From contig NC_045696.1 in NCBI RefSeq assembly GCF_009834535.1, positions 46,130,001-46,194,000 on the forward strand: DNA of 64,000 nucleotides, given 5' to 3'. Position numbers and translations under genes: made by a program. Below, in pieces: positions 37,364 through 50,089 of the stretch. Below the pieces are notes generated by a model. That model did not search any database. It was not told where the DNA came from and worked only from the letters and a program-made list of their open reading frames with translations. This DNA is from Camelus ferus (Eukaryota). How positions within the stretch are numbered: the first letter of the stretch is position 1; each line of letters opens with the position of its first letter.

Positions 37364-40300
37364 ATGGCAATAAACACACATCTATCATTAATTAGTGTAA
37401 ATGTTAATGGACTAAATGCTCCAGTCAAAAGACACAGAGTGGCAGACTGGATAATAAAGCAAGAACCTTCAATATGCTGCATACAAGAGACCCACTTTAG
37501 GGAGAAGGACACATATAGATTGAGAGTGAAAGGATGGAAAAGGATATTCCATGCAAATGGAAAAGCCAAAAAAGCAGGTGTTGCAGTACTGATTTCAGAC
37601 AAAATAGACTTTAAAACAAAGGCCATAAAGAAAGATAAAGAAGGACATTTTATAACGATTAAAGGAGTGATACAAGATGAGGATATTACACTCGTTAATA
37701 TATATGCACCCAATATAGGAGCACCTAAGTACATACAAGAATTACTAACAGAGATAAAGGGGGATATTGATGGGAATACAATCATAGTTGGAGACTTTAA
37801 CACTGCATTAACATCACTAGACAGATCTTCCAGACAGAAAATAAACAAGGCAACATAGAAATTAAATACTACAATAGAAAAACTAGATTTGGTGGATATT
37901 TTCAGAGCATTACACCCCCCAAAAATAGGATATACATTCTTTTCAAGTGCACATGGAACATTTTCCAGGATCGATCATGCACTTGGGCACAAAAGAAACC
38001 TCAACAATTTTAAGAAGATAGAAATTATCTCAAGCATCTTTATTGACCACAATGCCATGAAACTGGAAATCAACAACAGAGAAACAAAGGAGAAAAAAAG
38101 GAAAACATGGAGATTAAACAATATGTTATTGAAAAAACAATGGATCAATGAGGAAATCAAAGCTGAAATTAAAAAGTACCTTGAGACAAATGATAATGAA
38201 AGCACAACCACTCAAAACCTATGGGACACAGCAAAGGCAGTGCTAAGAGGGAAGTTTATAGCAATACAGGCCTTCCTCAAAAAAGAAGAACAATCTCAAA
38301 TAAACAATTTAACCCACCACCTGAATGAATTAGAAAAAGAAGAACAAAAAGCCCCAAAAAGTAGCAGAAGGAAGGAAATAATAAAGATCACAGAGGAATT
38401 AATAGAGATTAACAAGACCATAGAAAAAATCAACCAAACCAAAAGCTGGTTTTTTGAAAAAGTAAATAAAATCGACAAACCTCTGGCCAAACTCACAAAG
38501 AAGAAAAAAGAGAGAGCACAAATTAGCAAAATAAGAAAGGAAAATGGAGAAATTACAACAAACAAAATAGAAATACAGAATATCATACGAGAATATTATG
38601 AAAAACTATATGGAACCAAACTGGATAATCTAGAGGAGATGGACAAGTTTCTGGAAACATACTGTCCACCAAAACCGAATCAAGAAGAATCTGAACACTT
38701 GAACAATCCGATCACTAGAAAGGAAATAGAAATAGCAATTAAAAACCCCCCTACAAATAAAGGTCCAGGACCGGACGGCTTCACTGGGGAATTCTACCAA
38801 ACATACAAAGAAGAACTCATACCAGTCCTTCTCAAACTCTTCCAGACGATTGAAAAGGAGGGAATACTCCCAAACTCATTCTATGAAGCCACCATCACCC
38901 TGATACCAAAACCAGGCAAAGACACTACAAAAAAAGAGAATTATAGGCCAATATCACTGATGAACATAGACGCCAAAATCCTCACCAAAATTTTAGCAAA
39001 TAGAATCCAACAACACATAAAAAAGATTATACATCATGACCAAGTGGGGTTCATCCCAGGGACACAAGGCTGGTTCAACATACGCAAATCAATCAGTGTA
39101 ATACATCACATCAACAAGAGAAAGGACAAAAACCACATGATCATCTCAATCGATGCAGAAAAAGCATTTGATAAAATTCAATACCCATTTATGATAAAAA
39201 CTCTCACCAAAGTGGGTATAGAGGGAACATATCTCAACATATAAAAGCTATATATGACAAACCTACAGCCAGCATAGTACTCAACGGTGAAAAACTCAAA
39301 AGCTTCCCACTAAAATCTGGGACAAGACAAGGATGCCCACTATCACCACTCCTATTCAACATAGTCCTGGAAGTCCTAGCCACAGCAGTCAGGCAAGAGA
39401 AAGAAATAAAAGGGATCCAAATTGGATAAGAAGAGGTAAAAGTGTCATTATATGCTGATGACATGTTACTATATATAGAAAACCCTAAAAGGTCCACACA
39501 AAAGCTACTAGAGCTGATTGAAGAATTCAGCAAGGTAGCAGGTTACAAAATTAACGTTCAAAAATCAGTTGCATTTCTTTACACTAACGATAAATCAACA
39601 GAAGAAGAAAGTAAAGAAACAATCCCCTTTAAAATAGCACCCAAAGTAATAAAATATCTGGGAATAAATCTAACCAAGGAGGTGAAAGAATTATACACAG
39701 AAAACTATAAACCATTGATGAAGGAAATTAAAGAAGACTTTAAAAAATGGAAAGATATTCCATGCTCTTGGATTGGAAGAATCAATATTGTCAAAATGGT
39801 CACACTGCCCAAGACAATCTACAGATTTAATGCAATCCCTATCCAATTACCCAGGACATATTTCACAGAACTAGAAAAAATCATAATAAAATTCATATGG
39901 AACCATCAAAGACCTAGAATTGCCAAAGCATTACTGAAGAGAAAGAAAGAGGCTGGAGGAATAATTCTCCCAGACTTCAGACAATACTATAGAGCTACAG
40001 TCATCAAGACAGCATGGTATTGGTACCAAAACAGACATATAGACCAATGGAACAGAATAGAGAGCCCAGAAATGAACCCACAAACTTTTGGTCAACTCAT
40101 CTTTGACAAAGGAGGCAAGAATATACATTGGAATAAAGACAGTCTCTTCAGCAAATGGTGTTGGGAAAACTGGACAGCAGCATGTAAAACAATGAAGCTA
40201 GAACACTCCCTTACACCATATACAAAAATCAACTCAAAATGGATTAAAGACTTAAATATAAGACAAGATACAATAAACCTCCTAGAGGAAATCATAAGCA

Positions 40301-41154
40301 AAACATTATCTGACATACATCTCAAAAATTTTCTCCTAGAAGAAATAAAAGCAAGAATAAACAAATGGGACCTAATGAAACTTACAAGCTTCTGCACAGC
40401 AAAGGAAACCAGAAGTAAAACAAGAAGAAAACCTACGGAATGGGAGAAAATTTTTGCAAGTGAAACCGACAAAGGCTTGATCTCCAGAATATATAAGCAG
40501 CTCATACGACTCAGTAAGAAAAAAATAAACAACCCAATCCAAAAATGGGCAGAAGACCTAAACAAGCAATTCTCCAAGGAAGACATACAAATGATCAAAA
40601 AGCACATGAAAAAATGCTCAATATCACTAATTATCAGAGAAATGCAAATCAAAACTACAATGAGGTATCACCTCACACCAGTCAGAATGGCCGTCATTCA
40701 AAACTCCACAAATGACAAATGCTGGCGAGGCTGTGGAGAAAGGGGAACCCTCCTACACTGCTGGTGGGAATGCAGTCTGGTGCAGCCACTATGGAAAACA
40801 GTGTGGAGATTCCTCAAAAGACTAGGAATAGACTTACCATATGACCCAGGAATCCCACTCCTGGGCTTGTATCCAGAAGGAAATCTACTTCAGGATGACA
40901 CCTGCACCACAATGTTCATAGCAGCACTATTTACAATAGCCAAAACATGGAAACAGCCTAAATGTCCATCAACAGGTGACTGGATAAAGAAGAGGTGGTA
41001 TATTTATACAATGGAATACTACTCAGCCATAAAAACCGACAACATAATGCCATTTGCAGCAACACGGATGCTCCTGGAGAATGTCATTCTAAGTGAAGTA
41101 AGCCAGAAAGAGAAAGAAAAATACCATATGAGATTGCTCATATGTGGAATCTAA
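37364..41154 (+). pseudogene. L1 ORF2p (endonuclease / reverse transcriptase / Cys-rich), disrupted
   Basis: EN motifs NVNGLN, GDFN, SRIDH; RT QGCPLSP and YADD (39451-39462); [18 protein letters not shown]. Lesions: TAG 37856-37858, 1-nt deletion ~39240, TAA 39427-39429. Confidence 0.95.
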
Positions 41155-41451
41155 AAAACAAAAACAAAAACAAACAAACAAAAACAAAGCATAAATAAAG
41201 GACAGAAATAGACTCACAGACAGAGAATACAGACTTGTGGTTACCAGGGGGGTGGAGGGTGGGAAGGGATAGACTGGGATTTCAAAATTGTAGAATAGAC
41301 TACACTGTATAGCACAGGGAAATATACACAAAATGTTATGATAACTCACAGAGAAAAAAATGTGACAATGAGTGTGTATATGTCCATGAATAACTGAAAA
41401 ATTGTGCTGAACACTGGAATTTGACACAACATTGTAAAATGATTATAAATC

Positions 41452-41471
41452 AATAAAAAATGTTAAAAAAA
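41452..41471 (+). terminator. L1 polyadenylation signal and short A tail
   Basis: AATAAA 41452-41457, A run from 41465 merging into the TSD. Confidence 0.85.
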
Positions 41472-41750
41472 AAAAAAGTAATTGAAGGGAGAGTGCAGTC
41501 ATAAAACGCCAGTGGGGACTCCAAGGCAGGATGAAAGTGGCTAATTTTCAATGTTTATGGGAGAAGGAAGAGATCTGCTGAGGTAGGAAGGTAACTACAG
41601 GATTTGTTTTGCCACCTACAGGCACAAAGGAAATCTACAAGGCCAAAGGACAGGGAGAATGTTATGGAGTCTCATGGGGAAAATGGGACAGACCAAGAGT
41701 TCAGTGTTTCTGAAAATTTTAATATGAATAACTGAATGACCTAGCAGATA

Positions 41751-42387
41751 CAACTGATTCTTATTATTCATGGTAGGTAAGGATTATAAAGTCACAAATG
41801 AACACTGAATTAGCAAATACTAAATCATTGCTCCTAGGAGAAATACAGGGTTAAGTTCCTGTAAGACTCTAGTCATAACATTTTCACCAACTGATCAATA
41901 CTTAACCTTGTTTTATGTGTGTTTCTGTTTAAATACACCTTATTTAACACATATTGTTGATTCATTAACATTGAATTCTTGACCAACAGCATATAACTCA
42001 CATCTAAATAAATTTTACATAACACACATATTTTCTCTATAAGGCACATTCTAGCCTTCTCTTCTTAGGAACACTATTATAGTTGTGGGCCATATTAAAT
42101 AGTAAAATCACCAACAGAAAGCACAACAATGCAAAAAATATGGCACCAAATAGATCAAGGAAAAGATATTTATTCACAATAAAAGAGCTGACACAAAAAG
42201 GCAGAGTGTCACCTTGTTTGACCTCAGCTGGGAAAGTGCTTGTCAGAGGACTCAAATTTTTCACCATTTTGTGTATGTGTACAAATGACTACAAAAACAT
42301 CACAGTATTACTTCTGTGGTCACAAATAAATTCTAATGAGCAGATGAATTCACAAATATGAAACCTGTGAATAATGAGGATTGACTG
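41751..42387 (+). mobile_element. MER82-like TcMar-Tigger non-autonomous DNA transposon
   Basis: TIRs caactgattcttattattcatgg / ctgtgaataatgaggattgactg, TA at 41749-41750, ~637 bp. Confidence 0.8.
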
Positions 42388-42939
42388 CACATATCAAGTT
42401 TCACCCTTAGATAAATGTTAATGGTTAGAGAGTTCCAATATCTGACACTGACTCCATCCTAGACATATTTCTAATTAAGTCTACAGTATGCCAAACAGGA
42501 GACAAAAATCGAAAAAGCTATCCATTATCCAAGCTTTTCTGGATTCAGAGCATCCCAACATTGAAACTCCTTGGCTTAAAGTCAGTTATCTATTCTATTT
42601 GTGGTTTACAATCAACTGCAGATGCAGCCCTATTGAGTTTGGGTCTTCTTATTTTGTTTATTCTATCTACCTATGCTTCTTAACCGTGGCTGGACATGTA
42701 GCAGCTGCTAAGTTGTCTTGCTGTCAACTCTCACTACGTGGTCAGTGAAAGATGACTGTCTGTGACTCTGCATCTGCATGGAGAAAGGTAACTGGTGAAA
42801 AACACTCTCAGGATGGCAGGTCTCACTTGAGATGTATCAATTCTAATCTCAAGTGGGCACTCAGTACTAACTAGCAATTCTAATTTCTCTAATCCATTAC
42901 TGTTGCCCTCTCCTAGACAAGTAATTCATACTTTTACCT

Positions 42940-43325
42940 CTGTCTCAGTTTGTTTGGAATGACATAACAAACACCACAGGGGTGGCTTCTACAACAGAAA
43001 CCTACTTCTCACAATTCTGGAGGCTGAAGACTCCAAGATCACTGTGTCAGCATGGTCAGGTTCTGGTGAGGGCTCTTTTCATAGTTAGCCGATGGCCACC
43101 TTCTCCCTGTGTCCTCACTTGCGAAAGAGAAGAGAACACAAGCTCTCTGGTGTCTCTTCCAATAAGGGCACTAATCCTATCATGAAGACCACATCTTCAT
43201 TACTTCATCTAAATCTAATTACCTCCTAAAGGCCCTCCCTCCAACTACCATCATTTTGGCTGTTAGAGTTCAACACATGAATTTGGTTGGGCGGGGTGGC
43301 GGTGCACAATTCAGTCCACAGTAAC
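42940..43325 (-). mobile_element. MLT1A-like LTR
   Basis: acaacagaaacctacttctcacaattctggaggctg...aagggcactaatcctatcatga...caattcagtccacagtaac. Confidence 0.85.
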
Positions 43326-43519
43326 TTCTCTCTCGAAACTTCAGTAAGCCAGTTTGGACTGCTATGGCTGTTTGCTTGTGACTAGAGTTCATTCTAATTG
43401 GAACTGGATTGAACTGCAACATCATATTCCTTAGCCTCAGTATCTGTTGATAAATCTACTTCCTGTGTTGCCCCCCTCAAAAAAAAAGAAAGAAAGAATT
43501 GGTTCAGACCCTATAATTT

Positions 43520-43581
43520 TTAACAAATGGCCGTGCAGTTTTATTTTACACTGGGTCCTGTAAATTATGTAGCCAGTCCTG
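43520..43581 (+). mobile_element. MER91-like hAT-Tip100 terminal fragment
   Basis: ttttattttacactgggtcctgtaaattatgtagccagtcctg. Confidence 0.55.
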
Positions 43582-43999
43582 AATACATTTAATTAGTGTT
43601 TTCATAAGCCAGATTATATTACTTCTTTGCTCATCATGCTACAAAGACTTCCCATCACACTCAGAGTAAAAGGTAAAGCCCTACTATGGCATCAAAAGAC
43701 CATGTGACGCCCCGCCTCATCCCACTCCCACCTCCCTGATCTTATCTTCTATCACTCTGACTTTTACACACTCACTGAAGTTCCTCAAACATGCTGAGGG
43801 CACTTCAACCTTAGGACCCTTGCATACCTGTTCCTTCTGTCTACTGCACATTTAGTTGAACACTGCATGACTTGTTCTCTTATGTTCTTCAAGCCACAGT
43901 ATAAATGAGCCCTTCTCTGATCACTCTAAATAAAATAGAAACCCACCACCAACCCTCCACATCCTGGCACTCTGCATCTACCTTATGCTGTTTCATTTA

Positions 44000-44430
44000 T
44001 TTATTTGTTTAGTTTTGTTGTGATAAAATTGGAAGATTATAATGCAACATCTGTATGCACTACAAAGTGATCACTACGATAAGTATAGTTACCATCCATC
44101 ACCATATAATTGACCTCTTTTACCCATTTTGCCCATCCCAATCCCCCTCCCCTCTGGTAACCACCAATCTGTTCTCTGTATCTATGGATTTCATTTCATT
44201 TTGTTTGCTGTTTTGTTTTGGTTTTAAGATTCCACATATAAGTGAGATCATACAGTATTTGTCTTACTCTGTCTGACTTATTTCACTTAGCATAACACTC
44301 TCAAGATCCATTCATATTATTGCAAATGGCAAGATTTCCTTCTTTTTTATAGCTGAGTAGTATTCTATTGTGTATATATACCACATCTTCTTTAACCATT
44401 CATCCATCAATGGACACTTAGGTTGTTATC
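44000..44430 (-). mobile_element. L1 3' end (L1MA-like)
   Basis: ctggtaaccaccaatctgttctctg...agattccacatataagtgagatcatacagtatttgtc...ccatcaatggacacttaggttg. Confidence 0.85.
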
Positions 44431-44527
44431 CTGTTTTATTTTTTACCATAGAACTTATCACAAGCTGACATCCATGTTTACTTAATTATTAATACACAGT
44501 TTGTCTGCCTTCCCCTGGAAAAGAAAC

Positions 44528-44941
44528 TCTTTCCTTGACCTAACTTTAATCAGACTCCTCTGAGCTCTCTGCTCAACTGGTTCAAATTTAAATTTCCTTC
44601 TCTGCCCTTGGAGAATACAGCTTAAGCAAATTGTTGCTGCTAAATGAGTTTAGCAGAAATCCCCCACTTCTGATATTTTATCACCCTGATCTGTCTTCAG
44701 CAAAAATTCTTTTGAGTTGGTCTAACAAGAATCCCCCTTGACCCTGATGTTTCCTCTTAGAAATTTTCAATCCATGGACCCCCCCACCCTGATCTCTGAC
44801 TATAAATCCCCATTTGTTCTTTTTGGAGTTGGAGTTGAGTCCAATCTCTCTCTCCTATCACAAAATCCTATTACAGTAGCCCCCTTGAGTAAAGTGTGCC
44901 TTACATCTTTAACAAGTGTCATAAATAATTTTTCTATTACA
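44528..44941 (+). mobile_element. ERV1 solo LTR (MER31-like)
   Basis: ctctttccttgacctaactttaatcagactcctctgagc...tataaatcccc...ggagttgagtccaatctctctc...tttaacaagtgtcataaataattttt. Confidence 0.7.
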
Positions 44942-46009
44942 TCCTCATCTAAAATGTAAGCTCCCCAAAATCAGGGATTTTATGCTATTTGTTGCAATAT
45001 TTCTATCACCTGGAATATAGCATGCCACATAGTATTTACTGAATGAATGAATGAATGAATGAGGACCTCGTGTTGAAAGGCAGCCATCATTGCTTCCATA
45101 ACCATATTCTATACACAGTACAGGTAAGCTGATACATTTTGAAGCGGATGCCATTTCTCAAGAGTCCTGAGATGTTATAAGAAGGAGGGTGTTCTAAATA
45201 AGCAAAAAAGTGGCTCTGGTCTAGCTGAAGTCACAGCCATTCACTTGACAATTAACCTTATTTCTTTGATAGCCCATTTTCTGCTGCACCATGGAAATCT
45301 TTACTCATCTACCATTATTTAGCATTCTTACAGGTTCAAATGTGATTTTTTTCCAACTCTAAGTGTCTCCTGGTAGGTAGCAAATTCTGCCTTGTAAACT
45401 TATCAGAGAGAAGAGCACATTACCTTGGGCCAGAAAGAATCATTTTATCAATATAAAATGGTTAGTTGGTTGTCAAGACTTCAGGACTTTCCTAATCAGA
45501 TATACACAGGCAGATTACACTTCCAAACTTCCGGGGAAGGGCCAGAAATGTTCATTGGGAATCCACTTGTGCGGTTATACGAAAGTTTTCTGCAACAGAT
45601 GTAGTTGGCACTCTGCGCCAACGTAGTTGTTTGTGTACCCGTCCACCAGCCGCTATGCATATCAAGCAGTGCCCCTTCTCCTGAGGAATGCTCTTGTCCA
45701 ATTCCAGCCAAGGAAGCTCCAACCACCCACCCCACCCCCGACCCATGATCACTGACTGAACTGGGGGGGTAAAGGATGGGACTGACTCTGTGGTGCAATT
45801 TGTGCTCCAGAGCTTCTCCATGGGGTCAGACAGAAACATCCTATTGAGTCCACAGCCACAATCAGCCCTTTTCATTCACTTTATAATTCTTCCTGAGTCC
45901 CAAGAATCTAAACCCATACGGACAAAACCATCCACAGACAGTTTGTAGATTTCTTACAGCATACACACATATCACACAGACAAACACAGACACACACAGA
46001 CACACACAC

Positions 46010-46450
46010 TCCTTAAAAAATTCCCACAACCTACCAGATAAAGCCCAGGCTCCTCATCTGGACAATCAGACCTTTGCACAGCCAGGTCTTTGTCTATTTT
46101 TCAAGATTTATTTTTCACCCTCATATACCATATTCACCTACCACAGTTCCTAAAACATCCTCCCCTAGCCTTTATACAGACTCCTTGCCTGGAATGGCTC
46201 CCTTGGCCTCGCCTGAATAATAGACTCTCCGTTCCTTACTCAAAGATCAGCTCAAACATCCCCTCCTCTGTAAAGCTCCCCAGAGCCCCCTGGGCTCAGT
46301 ACATGTCATTCCTCAGGCTCTTGCAGCACATTGTGTAGGATAACAGCTCTTTGCTTGTCTGACTCCTCCACTTAACTATAAGCTTATTAAAGGCAAATTT
46401 TTTAATAGTTCTTAGTAAAATGTGGAGTACTGAAGGAAAGAAACAATGAA
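46010..46450 (+). mobile_element. Old L2 fragment
   Basis: ccttactcaaagatcagctcaaacatcccctcctctgtaaagc... Confidence 0.55.
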
Positions 46451-48939
46451 CACTTTCAGAATGCAAAGAACCAATGCATTTTTGACTCACAAATAAACTA
46501 ATTTAACAACCTTATTGTTTCTGATAGTGACTTAATAACTGAGAAAACTCTGAAAGGATATATATCTCCAACATGTTAAATAGTGATTATACTTGGATGA
46601 TAGGGTTATTGGTGAGGTTTTGTTTATTCGTACAAAAATCTTTTTTTCTTGTTTCTTGCATCAGCAGATTTAAAATATAATGCAAAATGATGATCCCAAT
46701 AATAAAAATAAAGCATTATATTTCCTAAGAATCAAATAATGTTTATAGCGAGAAAAAGACAAGACTGAGGGGACAGATTAACACCTATACAAAAGAATGT
46801 TCAACATAAAATACAAAATAGATTTTTTTCTGTTGCCTAGTTTTTGTACAGTGAACACACGCTGCTTTTGTACTAACAAATATGCACTTTAAAATTCAAA
46901 ATAATTTAGAAAGATTTCTTAAGTGATCTAAAAAGAAAATAGATGTGTCTGGTAGATCCATTCAGTAATTTTGAATAGTCCAACAGAAAGATACAGGATC
47001 TGAATCAAACACAAGTTTATTTAGCTCACTAACTATCCCAGAAGAGTGACCACATTCTTTTGTGTTATTACTCACTATTGATGCCTTAGGGAACAATGGT
47101 CTTTGAATGGTGTTAAGGTTTTTCCTTGGTTTCTTATATTCCTAATATTTTAAGGTCAAGGTCTTTTGCTCTAGGCTTGTCCTATAATATTTGTAATGAG
47201 TGAAAAAGTGCAGGAGCAGGGGAGGAGAGGATGGGTTTAGAAAAATCACCCATGGTTCTAGGTAGCCTATCTCTCAGAAAAACAATCACCAAACAAACCA
47301 CCTGATATAGAAATTCATTCCTGAATTCTTTGAACAAATAAACTTTGATCTTTTTTCTTGGAGAAGAAAATAACAAGAGTAACAATGATATTAAAAAGAG
47401 AAACCATTTTAGCTTTATGTATTCTATGTTAACAAGTCTTTTGTTTAGATATTAATTTGTCTGAACAACTTTCATCTTTTCCTCTCTTAAAATTATTTAA
47501 TTCTAGTTCACCAATTAGGGAATACAATACTACACTGCCATAATTGGGATCATAATTTTGTATATTGTGATTCAAGTTTACTGATACATTTAGAGATTCT
47601 GTACATATTTTAAGGGATAATGTGATAGGAAGGCTGAGCTACATGTCTTGATTCTGTAATTAAAAAAAAAAATTGCTTGGCAAGGCATAGTAAAATTAAC
47701 AGTAATGATACCTTATTTCCAGTGTCTTTCATCTGAAGATCTCAAAACATCCAACATTTAGAATACATTATTAGGCCAAGCTGACTCTGTGACAAATGTA
47801 CTATATTTTAGAATGTTTCAATTTTTTCATTATTTGTCTTACTTCTTAGACTTGTCGATGCCTTTGGAATTTTCAAAGAAAGTCTTGTTAACTCGATAGG
47901 CAGCTCAAAGAATTTTTACAAACAATGTAATTTAGTTTCTACAGTAGCATAAAGAGTATGAAGGTTATTCCTAGCCCAGAGTAAAAAAAAATTAGAAGTA
48001 TTTTTAATAATTTGAACATCTACTATGCACTAAGTCCTATGCCAGGCAAGCTATATTTGACATCTTATTTAAACCTAAAAGAATCCCCCAAAATATGTAT
48101 GATTATTTTTAATATGCAGAATTATTTTTAACATGTGGAATGGTTTAAGCTACCTAAGAGCTCTTAGTTTAAAAACCTGGACTGGAATCCAGATTTCTCC
48201 AGCTACATTTTTTTTTAACACTCTGGTTGCTTCACAAGAAGGATGCAGAAAAGAGAGTAGAGGAGGTTTTTATTATCCAATTTTTCCTTTGCCGCTTTCA
48301 TCTATTAATAATCTCAACTATTCATTAAAGAGTTAGATTCAGAAGAAGGAATCAAGGATATTGACAAATATCCTTATAAGAGTTAATATCTTTGGATGGC
48401 ACAGTGTTGATGGTCCAATGACTTAAACATGGTTTGTTTAGGTGACTCAAAGTCCTGATGTTATAAGATAAGGAAGTGTTTCCTACAGCGTGCCACATAT
48501 TCCACCCCTGGCCCCAAGATAATTTTGTTAGCGTTTGATCATTTTACTATATACTTTTAACATTTCAATATGTATATATTTTAACATCTATCAGGAAATA
48601 AATTAACTAGCAAAACAAACTCTTATTCCTATAGAGGTTATTCCTTGCAACAAAGCCAAAATAGGCAGCGCTATGGTAATTTACTTTGTACAGGGTGAGT
48701 CTGGTTACTCCAGAAAATCCATGAATGTGTCAAACCGTCAATAATTAAAACTTCTGCTTTGGATGTAAGGGTAATATGAACGAACAGATGGCTGATACAG
48801 ATTCTTTTTTTTTTTTTTTTGATACAGATTCTTGTATATCAAATTTCCATTCTCATCATCATGTCTTTCTTACTAATGTTATCAATTCATCACTTCCAGA
48901 AGTCAACCACAGTTTACTATATGAGTATATACCATTGTG

Positions 48940-50030
48940 AATTATACTTTGGATTGAGTTCTTTGTGTTTTAATTGAAACTATCATGGTTAAGAGGTTTA
49001 AAAAGATTTTTAGGCATAATAAAAGAAATTTATAACAAATATGAGCACTAGTGGTAAGAGTAAAAAAAGCCACATTAACAACTGAATCACCTGTTAGTGT
49101 TACAGAAATGCCAGCTTCAACAAAAAAAACAAAAAAATACTGCACAAATGTAATGAATATTGTTTGAAATTTGGAATTTCATTGCCAGTTGAGAATGAAT
49201 CTATTTCATTATGTGTTGTGTTTAGAAACACTGGTGTCATTTTGACACATACAAATAATGCTATGAGAAACTTATCAAAAATACTGAAGCAAAATAGAAG
49301 GACATTCAAACATCCTAGGAACTAACATGCTGTAAAATAAGGAAAAGCTTTATGGTGTTGTGAAATAATTGGTGAAACATAGAATCCTAATGGCAAAAAA
49401 AAGTAAAAGCAATGATTGGGGACAAAGAAAGAAAAATGATTGATAATGTGCCTCTGTCAAATAACAGGGTTCTTTTTAGAGTTACAGTTATGAACAGAAA
49501 GTAAAGCAGCAATTACTATTCAGAGAGTGACAAAGTCAATACAATTCTCTGCAGACTGATGAATCCACTAAGATTGTACAGTTAGAAAATCTTTGATATA
49601 ATCTGAAAAAATATCTCAAAAATAATGTGAATAAAAGTAGTCTACAAAAACTTTTCCACAGCTAAATTGTACAACTGAAGAAGTGTTTTAAAACTTATTG
49701 ATGAATTCAGATAATCAATAATAATGACAAGAAGTGATATTGGGCTAAACACAGGTGTCAAAGACAACTGGTTCAACAAGAAGAGCTGATTAATACAGTT
49801 GAGCTACTGAACATATACCTACAGCTATAGCCACAGAGAAACACTAGTCAACAGCGATATACATAAAGATTTAAGAAAAGTATTTATTAGAACTGTCAAT
49901 CATATGCAGACTTCTGTGTTCTCAAAATTTTCTCAGGCTTTGTGAAAAAAATAAGCATAGTTAAAAATCAGAAATTACTGTCATATGCCATTTGTTAGAT
50001 TCCCTAGTGCCAACAGGACTCCTTACATAT
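48940..50030 (+). mobile_element. hAT-Charlie/Buster-type transposase fossil
   Basis: Across indels: NEYCLKFG...CVV.LETL (49152-49235), KHP (~49310), IGET (~49370), MIGDKERKMIDNVPLSNN (~49412-49465), LQTDEST (~49550-49570), in the order of ZBED5/Buster-type transposases. Confidence 0.75.
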
Positions 50031-50089
50031 TCATTCAAGTTGATATCTCTACAAAAGATTGCATATCTAGTCCCAATATAGCTATACCA

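Larger units (their letters stand above)
34397..41471 (+). mobile_element. Full-length young LINE-1 (~7.07 kb), probably a camelid L1 family
   Basis: 5' UTR, ORF1, spacer, ORF2, 3' UTR, AATAAA, A tail and perfect 18-bp TSD. Confidence 0.98.
43600..45062 (+). mobile_element. L2 LINE 3' region split by L1 and LTR insertions
   Basis: ttcccatcacactcagagtaaaa..., gttcctcaaacatgct..., ends tatttactgaatgaatgaatgaatga. Confidence 0.7.

Noticed and set aside
36162..40652. Antisense ORFs rich in F/L/S/I (e.g. 37240-37848, 40092-40652)
   Set aside because: Shadow frames of A-rich L1 coding sequence; the same shadows occur at 9871-10447 and 57172-57417.
47302..47356. Minus-strand 55-nt exon candidate (KKIKVYLFKEFRNEFLYQ)
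   Set aside because: Weak donor (GTGGTT) and no recognised protein.
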